Positions 57,203 through 64,000 of a stretch of DNA of 64,000 nucleotides are shown one piece after another (the first letter of the stretch is position 1; every line of letters starts with the position of its first letter). The DNA comes from Candidatus Nomurabacteria bacterium. GTDB taxonomy: Bacteria > Patescibacteriota > Minisyncoccia > Phycocordibacterales > CALRBL01. Under the pieces are notes generated by a model, which saw only the letters and a list, made by a program, of their open reading frames with translations, was not told where the DNA came from and did not search any database. Made by a program: the position numbers and the translations under genes. The DNA is taken from positions 301,500-365,499 of the forward strand of contig CAWIDS010000001.1 in NCBI GenBank assembly GCA_963834935.1, read 5' to 3'.

Positions 57203-59116
57203 ATGGAAACTCTCAATGAGCAGCAGAAAGAAGCGGTCCTTCAGACAGAAGGGCCGGTTCTTGTCTTGGCCGGAGCTGGCGCGGGAAAGACCAAGACGCT
57301 GGTGCATCGCATGCTTCATCTGATAGAGAAGGGCGTGCCGCCGCAGGCAATACTTGCCATCACTTTCACCAACAAAGCGGGAAAGGAAATGCGCGAGCGC
57401 GTTCACCAGCTGCTTTCTTCTTCTCATCCGCATATGGGCACCCCGTTCATCTCGACATTTCATTCCCTCGGCGTGCATATCATCAAAGACAATGCCGAGC
57501 TTCTCGGCTTGCCTCGGCATTTTTCCATCTTCGACAGAAGTGACAGCAAGAGGGCGATCAAGGATAGCTTGGTGAAAGCTGGCTTTGATCCGAAGCAATA
57601 CGATCCCTCGAATGTCTTGTCGGCTATCAGTAGGGAAAAAGGAGATGCCGTTTCGCTCCGAGAATTTGAGAATAATGTCGGCAATGATTATCTTAAAAAA
57701 GTGTCACTCGCTGTCTGGAGGGAATACGAAGCGATCTTGAAAAAGGAAAAAGCTCTCGATTTCGACGATTTGCTTTTGAAAACTCTTCTTCTGCTAAAGC
57801 AGAATGAGAATGTCTTGGCGAAATATCAGGACATTTGGAAATATATACACATAGATGAGTATCAGGATACGAACAAAGTGCAGTATCAAATTTCCAAATT
57901 GCTTGCAGCGAAGAGTAAGAATATCTGCGCGGTAGGGGACATAGATCAGAACATATACAGCTGGCGCGGAGCTGACATCCGCAACATCCTCAATTTCGAA
58001 AAGGATTATCCTGATTCAAAGATCATCTTGCTTGAGGAAAATTACCGCTCGACAAACAATATCCTCGAGGCGGCCAATGAAGTGATCAAGAAGAATGTCC
58101 ACCGCCGCGAGAAGAATCTTTTTACCCGCAAGGAGGGAGGGGAGAAGATTTCACTATACGGAGCCTATGATGAAAGCGACGAGGCAGACTACATCGCCCG
58201 CACTTCAGGCAATCTTATCGAGAAGGGGGTTTCTCCTGATGAGATAGCGGTACTCTATAGGGCCAATTTCCAGTCGCGGGTCATCGAGGAAGCTTTTCTT
58301 TCTCGCAGCTTGCCTTATCAGGTGCTCGGCGTGCGCTTCTTCGAGCGAAAGGAAATCAAGGATGCCCTTTCGTACTTGCGCCTTGCTCTCAATCCTGATT
58401 CCGAATCCGATTTTAAACGCATCATAAATGTACCGACGCGAGGAATCGGCAAAGTGACTATCGACAAGATCATCCAAGGGAAAAAGGAAACTTTGCCGGC
58501 GGCTGTTGCGGCGAAGTACGGGTATTTCCTCGGCTTGCTGGTGAAAATAAAGGCAGAGGCTCTTTCCGGAAGGGTTTCAGATACCATAACCTATATATTG
58601 AACGAAGCGGGACTTTTCAAAATGTACAAGGAAGGCAAGGATGAAGACGAAGACAAAGTGGAAAACCTCAAAGAGCTTGTGACTTTGGCTAAGCGATACG
58701 ACCATCTTCCGGCAGAAGATGGCATCGGCGCATTTCTCGAAGACGTATCGCTCGCTTCCGACCAGGATGAGATGAATGAGAACAGGAAGACTGTGAAGAT
58801 GCTGACGGTTCACTCGGCAAAAGGTTTAGAGTTCGATTATGTCTTTATCGCCGGCCTCGAAGAGGATCTTTTTCCCCACAAGAAGATGAATGAATCGAAG
58901 ATCTCAAGTGAGCAGGCTGAAGAAGAACGGCGCCTTTTTTACGTGGCATTGACCCGCGCGCGCAAGAAGCTTTACCTTTCCCATGCGCTCGTGCGCACTA
59001 TTTTCGGCATGAAGAAGTACAACATCCAATCGGAATTCGTCTCGGATATCCCGACTAGTCTTGTTGAAAATGTCGAAAACAATGTCGGCATAAAGTCGAT
59101 CTTCATCGACTATTAG
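57203..59116 (+). CDS. pcrA: ATP-dependent DNA helicase UvrD/PcrA family
   Basis: 637 aa; SF1 motifs: Walker A AGAGAGKT, DEYQDTN, C-terminal VALTRA. Confidence 0.9.
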   Translation: METLNEQQKEAVLQTEGPVLVLAGAGAGKTKTLVHRMLHLIEKGVPPQAILAITFTNKAGKEMRERVHQLLSSSHPHMGTPFISTFHSLGVHIIKDNAELLGLPRHFSIFDRSDSKRAIKDSLVKAGFDPKQYDPSNVLSAISREKGDAVSLREFENNVGNDYLKKVSLAVWREYEAILKKEKALDFDDLLLKTLLLLKQNENVLAKYQDIWKYIHIDEYQDTNKVQYQISKLLAAKSKNICAVGDIDQNIYSWRGADIRNILNFEKDYPDSKIILLEENYRSTNNILEAANEVIKKNVHRREKNLFTRKEGGEKISLYGAYDESDEADYIARTSGNLIEKGVSPDEIAVLYRANFQSRVIEEAFLSRSLPYQVLGVRFFERKEIKDALSYLRLALNPDSESDFKRIINVPTRGIGKVTIDKIIQGKKETLPAAVAAKYGYFLGLLVKIKAEALSGRVSDTITYILNEAGLFKMYKEGKDEDEDKVENLKELVTLAKRYDHLPAEDGIGAFLEDVSLASDQDEMNENRKTVKMLTVHSAKGLEFDYVFIAGLEEDLFPHKKMNESKISSEQAEEERRLFYVALTRARKKLYLSHALVRTIFGMKKYNIQSEFVSDIPTSLVENVENNVGIKSIFIDY

Positions 59117-59139
59117 CCTCTTTGATGTATATTTGAGAA

Positions 59140-59925
59140 ATGATTCCGCATAAAGCCAAAAAATCGCTTGGACAGAATTTCCTGAACTCACCGAAAGCCC
59201 TTTCAGATATCTTGTTCGCGGCCGGAATAGCCAAGAATGACTGCGTGCTGGAAATAGGTCCGGGTAAAGGCGTCCTGACAAAGGCTCTTCTTGAGGCAGG
59301 CGCGAAAGTGATTGCTGTCGAGAAAGACGAATCGCTGGCGGAGATGTTAGGAGATCTTTTTTTGAAGGAGATCAAATCAGGACAGCTTGCTCTCGTCGCC
59401 GGCGATATCCTTGAATTCGACCTGCAAAGGCTTCCGCTCGAGGAGTATAAGCTGATTGCCAATATTCCCTATTATATTACAGGCCAGATTTTCCGGATGT
59501 TTCTTGAGAGCGAGCGTCAGCCTGTATCGATGACCATGCTCGTGCAAAAAGAAGTGGCGGAAAGGGTGGTCGCGCGCGACGGAAAGGAAAGCATCCTCTC
59601 GCTTTCGGTGAAGGCGTATGGCAATCCGAAGTATGTTTCGACTGTAAAGCGCGGATCATTCAGTCCTGCGCCGAACGTTGACTCGGCAATTCTCCATATC
59701 ACCGATGTATCAAAAGTTTATTTCAAAAAAAATAAGATCAGCGAGAGGGCATTCTTCGAAGTGCTCAAAGCGAGTTTCGCTCACAAAAGAAAAATGATAG
59801 CCGGAAATCTGAAGGTAATTTTTCAGGATTCCGCGAAAGTCTGTGAAGAATGTGGCATAAAGCAAAATGCCCGCGCTGAGGATCTCGAGCTTGGGCATTT
59901 TGCTTGCCTTGCGAAGAGTATCTGA
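59140..59925 (+). CDS. rsmA: 16S rRNA (adenine1518/1519-N6)-dimethyltransferase RsmA/KsgA
   Basis: 261 aa; GQNFL start, SAM-binding VLEIGPGKGVLT, NIPY motif. Confidence 0.9.
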   Translation: MIPHKAKKSLGQNFLNSPKALSDILFAAGIAKNDCVLEIGPGKGVLTKALLEAGAKVIAVEKDESLAEMLGDLFLKEIKSGQLALVAGDILEFDLQRLPLEEYKLIANIPYYITGQIFRMFLESERQPVSMTMLVQKEVAERVVARDGKESILSLSVKAYGNPKYVSTVKRGSFSPAPNVDSAILHITDVSKVYFKKNKISERAFFEVLKASFAHKRKMIAGNLKVIFQDSAKVCEECGIKQNARAEDLELGHFACLAKSI

Positions 59926-60333
59926 TTATTTGCTGGTATAAAGCGTCGTTCCCAACTGCTGGATCGAGTACTGGACGCTCTCTGTACTTTCGCATTCCGA
60001 ATCGACGGTGATGCAGGTCCCTCCGCTTATGGCATCGCCGAGCACTACTGATTGAGGCGCTACGTCCCACCATGAATAAAGTCCCCAACCGATGAAGGGA
60101 ATTGGTATCATGTTCTGCCACATGAAGATCATCGAGCCGCTGATCGGCGATGTATATTGGCCTTTGTCGATCTGAAGCTTCAGGCCGTTGCAGCAGACAT
60201 CGACGCTCGATATCGTGCCCTCAAGATTTTGACGGACTGCACTGGCAATCTCCGCATGCGCGGCAAACGGCGCGATAACAAAAGAAAAACTCAAAATGAT
60301 TGAAAGGGCTGCGATGTAATATTTCTTATTCAT
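59926..60333 (-). CDS. Small secreted Cys-containing protein (hypothetical)
   Basis: 135 aa with signal peptide. Confidence 0.45.
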   Translation of the reverse strand: MNKKYYIAALSIILSFSFVIAPFAAHAEIASAVRQNLEGTISSVDVCCNGLKLQIDKGQYTSPISGSMIFMWQNMIPIPFIGWGLYSWWDVAPQSVVLGDAISGGTCITVDSECESTESVQYSIQQLGTTLYTSK

Positions 60334-61043
60334 TGTATCTTGAGATAAATCTGATAAGCATTGCTGACTCCTTTTGAATTCTCAACCGTCACGAACATCG
60401 GTATTGGCTGGATTCTCTGAATGGTGGTGTTCCGCTGGTCGCTGTCCATGTTCTTCATCTTGGCATCGAACAGGCTTTGGAGGCTTGAATCTACTTTTAC
60501 TTCGAGCTGGCCATTGATGACAGGAACATTGCTGTAGACATCATATGTCGCCATGACTGTCGAAGTAGCTCCGAAATTGCTTCCCGATATATATATAGTA
60601 TCGCCATTCTTCACTGTCTGAGGCGAAATGCCGGTTATTACCGGACTGCTGTAGTTGGCATTCTGGAGATAGAGGCTATTGAGGAATGCCGGATTGGATG
60701 AGGTGGCGAGGGTGTTCAGAACCACACGGGTATTAGCTTCGACATATCCGTATGGCGTGAAGTACGGACCCGCCCAGGTGCCTAAATTGTAATCAGTCTG
60801 GAAGATGTCGAGAGCTTTGAGCGTCTTGATGCCGAAATAAAAGCTTTCTTTTCCGGGAGAGCCTGCTCCGGAAGGCGACACCTGTGTGGTCGACGAGGCA
60901 TTGAGTACCATCTGAAGGTATTTTACCTGCGGATCAGTCATCCCTTTCCTCAGGTCTTTGGTGAAAAGGTCAGCCGCTTGGGCAGCGTGTGCCGAGGCGA
61001 GCAGAGTGAGAAGAAAAAGTGCTGATAGAAGGATTTTTTTCAC
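60330..61043 (-). CDS. Secreted protein with peptidoglycan-binding-like and IPT/TIG-like domains (hypothetical)
   Basis: 237 aa; signal peptide; LRKGMTDPQVKYLQMVLN (PG_binding_1-like); PVITGISPQTVKNGDTIYISGSNFG (IPT-like). Confidence 0.5.
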   Translation of the reverse strand: MKKILLSALFLLTLLASAHAAQAADLFTKDLRKGMTDPQVKYLQMVLNASSTTQVSPSGAGSPGKESFYFGIKTLKALDIFQTDYNLGTWAGPYFTPYGYVEANTRVVLNTLATSSNPAFLNSLYLQNANYSSPVITGISPQTVKNGDTIYISGSNFGATSTVMATYDVYSNVPVINGQLEVKVDSSLQSLFDAKMKNMDSDQRNTTIQRIQPIPMFVTVENSKGVSNAYQIYLKIQ

Positions 61044-61098
61044 CTTTTGATTATATCATCAGTAGTTTTTTTGTGTATAACTAAGGTATAATGTCGTC

Positions 61099-62058
61099 AT
61101 GGTTGCTCCAAGCAAAAGAATACAGGCATTGATAATAATAGTCGTCGCTTTTTTTGCCGCTTTCTTCCTCTATCACTCGAACGTCAAATCTGCAGTCCTT
61201 TCTCTTTTTTCGAAAAACAAGCCGAGCAGCAGTTCGCTTGTGCTTGATCAAGCTACCAGCACCGATCAATCAAATATCGATTCCGACGGCGACGGCCTCA
61301 AGGATTGGCAGGAAACATTGTGGGGAACTGATTCTCATAACCCTGACACTGACGGCGACGGCACTCCTGACGGGGTTGAGGTGGCGGAAGGAAGAGATCC
61401 TTTGGTGAAAGGTCCTAATGACAGCCTTGAGCTGACCCGCGGAGTGGCAAGCACTTCTCTCGATGCTTTTGCAGGTAGCGCATCGGAAGACCAGGGAAAT
61501 ATCTCGACACAGCTTTCGCAGACTCTCTTCTCGCAGTTCATGTCGGTTCAGACGAATGGCACGCTCGATGCTGATTCTGAAGCGCAGATCATTTCGAACA
61601 CGCTCGCTTCGGTAAATCCTGGCACCATTCCTCCGAAGTACACCATTTCAGATATCAAAGTCGTTCCGGAAAACAAGACTACCCTCCGGGCCTACGGAAA
61701 TGCTTTTGCCCAGATACTTTCCGACAACAATGACCTCATATCCGGCGAACAATCCAACGAAGCAGCCATCCAATCATATGAAATCATGATCAACGCCCTT
61801 TCGAAGCTTTCTGTTCCTGACGGCCTGGTGCTTAACCACCTGAAAATCCTTAACGATTTCAATGTTTCTGATCAGTCGCTCCAGATAATGGTTAATGATC
61901 AGACTACCGACCCCGTCAAAGCTCTCCTTGCGGTGAAGACATTGCAGACCAACCAGGCAGACATGAAGCAACTGTTTACAAATATCCAGGTTGAAATGCA
62001 GAACAATGGTATAATATTCGCAAAAAGCGAAATAGGAGCAATATGGAACAATTCTTAA
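61099..62058 (+). CDS. Membrane-anchored protein with thrombospondin-type-3-like Ca-binding repeats (hypothetical)
   Basis: 319 aa; N-terminal TM; DSDGDGLKDWQE and DTDGDGTPDGVE Asp-rich repeats. Confidence 0.5.
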   Translation: MVAPSKRIQALIIIVVAFFAAFFLYHSNVKSAVLSLFSKNKPSSSSLVLDQATSTDQSNIDSDGDGLKDWQETLWGTDSHNPDTDGDGTPDGVEVAEGRDPLVKGPNDSLELTRGVASTSLDAFAGSASEDQGNISTQLSQTLFSQFMSVQTNGTLDADSEAQIISNTLASVNPGTIPPKYTISDIKVVPENKTTLRAYGNAFAQILSDNNDLISGEQSNEAAIQSYEIMINALSKLSVPDGLVLNHLKILNDFNVSDQSLQIMVNDQTTDPVKALLAVKTLQTNQADMKQLFTNIQVEMQNNGIIFAKSEIGAIWNNS

Positions 62059-63119
62059 AAACAATCACCCTCGTCATCATTGCTATCCTCGCTTTCGGCG
62101 GCGCTGTGGCCAATGCTGGTACGACTCTCCAGCCTGCGGCAAATACCCAAGGAGCTAATTACGTAAAAGGCCAGTATAATACTAATTCCGGCGCTGCCAC
62201 TTCACAGGCTGCTATCTCAGGAGTAGGCGATGCAGCAAGCTGCATCGGTTCAGGCTATGTCTCAAGCCTTATTTCCTCGGCTATCACCACTATTATTCCT
62301 TCTTCATTTACCAAAGTGGGAACGATCTCTGGAAACGATAAGGCTAGCAGTGGAGGTTTGGAGGTCGGCGATCCGCCCAGCCTCGACTCCATCGCTTATT
62401 GCGCCATCAATGCCATCCTGACCTATATCACCCAAGCGACCGTCAACTGGATCAATTCCGGCTTCAATGGCAATCCTGCTTTCGTCCAGGATCCTGAGAA
62501 ATTCTTCAGCGACATTGCCGACAATACCGCAGCCAATTTCCTTCAGGAAGTGGCCGGCCAGGTCACTGGTGTGAATATTTGTCAGCCATTCCGGGTAGGT
62601 ATTGTGACAGGGCTTGGCAGCGGACAAGCGAATCCTTCTTCGATACAAGGCTGTTCCTTGAGCCAGATCGGGAACAATATCCAGAATTTCCAGGTGTATA
62701 CTAGTCCTGGAGGAACAGGGTCAGGCGGTTGGGGTAGCTGGCTCGCCGTCACTCAGAATCCCCAGAACAATCCCATGGGAGCATATATGCAGGCTCAGCA
62801 GGAATTGCAGAGAAGGGTATCGATACAAGGCAATAGCGCCCAGATTGATCTTAGTACGGGAAGAGGATTCCTTTCGTTTAAGAAATGCAATCCTGATTCC
62901 ACTACCACCGATAGCAGCGGCAATCCTGTGACAGTCAAAGGAGCCTGCGAAATCACCACGCCGGGAAGCGTGATTGAGAACACCTTGAATAATCGCTTGA
63001 ATGCTGGAACGGACCGACTAAAAGTAGCGGATAAATTTGATGAGGTTGTGAGTGCATTGGTGAACCAGCTCATTAAGGTTGCGTTAAGTGATGTTCTCAA
63101 TAACAACAGTACTCAATAA
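62043..63119 (+). CDS. Secreted Gly/Ser/Thr-rich protein (hypothetical)
   Basis: 358 aa with signal peptide, no family. Confidence 0.5.
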   Translation: MEQFLKTITLVIIAILAFGGAVANAGTTLQPAANTQGANYVKGQYNTNSGAATSQAAISGVGDAASCIGSGYVSSLISSAITTIIPSSFTKVGTISGNDKASSGGLEVGDPPSLDSIAYCAINAILTYITQATVNWINSGFNGNPAFVQDPEKFFSDIADNTAANFLQEVAGQVTGVNICQPFRVGIVTGLGSGQANPSSIQGCSLSQIGNNIQNFQVYTSPGGTGSGGWGSWLAVTQNPQNNPMGAYMQAQQELQRRVSIQGNSAQIDLSTGRGFLSFKKCNPDSTTTDSSGNPVTVKGACEITTPGSVIENTLNNRLNAGTDRLKVADKFDEVVSALVNQLIKVALSDVLNNNSTQ

Positions 63120-63120
63120 A

Positions 63121-64000
63121 TGAAAAAAGCCTTACTTTCAATACTCATCATAACTGCAATATTCCCGATCTTTTTTGGCTTTTTTACTCCTGTCCATGCT
63201 CAAACAAATCCAATGGATTCTGATGCTTCATATATGCTTGGAGCTAAGGATATTAGTGGTTATGTTCCTCCAGCCCCGACTGCTTCTACTTTTCAAGCGA
63301 CATGTTTTGATGAAAGCCAATCAGGATTGGGCTATCTGACCAGCTTCAGTATCACGGGCTGTATGGCCTCGGCGAGCAATCTTCTGCTTTGGGTAACGGC
63401 TCGCTTCTTGTGGGTTGCAGGGGTATTTTTCGATAAGACTCTCGATATAGGCTTAAATTTTGCTGCGTTGCTTACGCATATTCCTGTAGTTGATGTGGGA
63501 TGGAAGATTTTTCGCGACATTGCAAACATCTGCTTCATCTTCATCCTGCTTGCTATCGCTATCGGGACCATTCTTCGCATCGATAGCTATAATGTGAAGA
63601 AGCTCTTGGTGCAAGTGATAATTACCGCCCTTATTCTTAATTTCAGCCTTTTCTTCACTAAAGTAGTGATTGATGCCTCAAACATCCTCGCATTGCAATT
63701 TTACAATAAGATAAGCTTGCAAGGAGGAGGACAAGGAGCAAGCGCAGATCCCTTCGGAGGAGTTTCAGATGGTGGCATTTCTCAGGCATTTCTCAAAGGT
63801 CTTAGCCTAACGAGCATATATAATTCTGGAGCGACTCTTCAAGGTTCACCTGATCCTACTCAGACCCCCGGAGGTCTGAATCTCGGTGAGAATATCATCG
63901 CGATCGGCCTCGGAGGATCCATACTCATACTTATTGCTGCCTTTGCTTTCATTGCGGGCGGAATAATGTTCATTGTCCGGACTGTCGTCCTTATGTTCGT
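63121..64000 (+). CDS. Partial (3'-truncated by window) polytopic membrane protein with signal peptide; possibly VirB6/TrbL-like
   Basis: Open frame from ATG 63121 to window end; signal peptide then >=5 TM helices with Gly-rich loops; not in ORF track because no stop in window. Confidence 0.4.

Noticed and set aside
1-64000. CRISPR arrays, rRNA genes, prophage structural modules
   Set aside because: There are no regularly spaced direct repeats with spacers. There are no rRNA-like conserved segments. There is no capsid, terminase or portal signature. The only phage-like element is the tail-collar domain within a cellular secreted protein.

Overview
This 64-kb window looks like a bacterial chromosomal segment with Candidate Phyla Radiation (Patescibacteria)-like traits. 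It is moderately AT-rich, densely packed with short genes, and carries many secreted Thr/Ser-rich proteins. It has a trigger factor without a PPIase domain, and four of its five tRNAs do not encode the 3' CCA.

The replication-origin neighbourhood is present: rpmH-rnpA-yidC lies divergent from dnaA-dnaN. Perfect and near-perfect DnaA boxes sit in the dnaA upstream region and in the AT-rich dnaA-dnaN spacer.

Housekeeping genes include polA, holA-like, tsaE, a pilB-type ATPase, ruvC-yebC-ruvB, PBP1A, nusA, ppa, tig, rsmE, clpP, rny, hup, cca, xth, xerC/D, rpsO, comM, uvrD/pcrA and ksgA.

There are five tRNAs: Lys-UUU, Gly-GCC, Pro-UGG, Gly-UCC and Arg-UCG. An IS1595-family transposase is also present.

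The most unusual region is an ~11.5-kb co-directional minus-strand locus (22.2-33.7 kb). It combines type IV secretion-like parts with a second PilB/GspE-type ATPase and several secreted proteins. The T4SS-like parts are a VirB4-type ATPase, a PrgI/VirB3-like small membrane protein, and a TrbC/VirB2-like pilin fused to an SLT/VirB1-like domain. The secreted proteins include a phage tail-collar domain protein and a GW-repeat/FN3 protein. The two ATPases and one small gene carry multiple frameshifts, mostly at homopolymer runs.

Other notable items:
- a GC-rich secreted Cys/Pro-rich gene (10.1-11.3 kb);
- a GC-rich decayed gene with a 13-bp tandem duplication in a tRNA-rich stretch (40.5-41.7 kb);
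- a giant 1294-aa protein with glycine-zipper segments;
- an operator-like palindrome repeated three times about 70 bp apart;
- a MITE-like 17-bp inverted-repeat element;
- tRNA 3'-end duplications.

Every assignment rests on reading the translated ORFs and the sequence motifs directly. I ran no database search.
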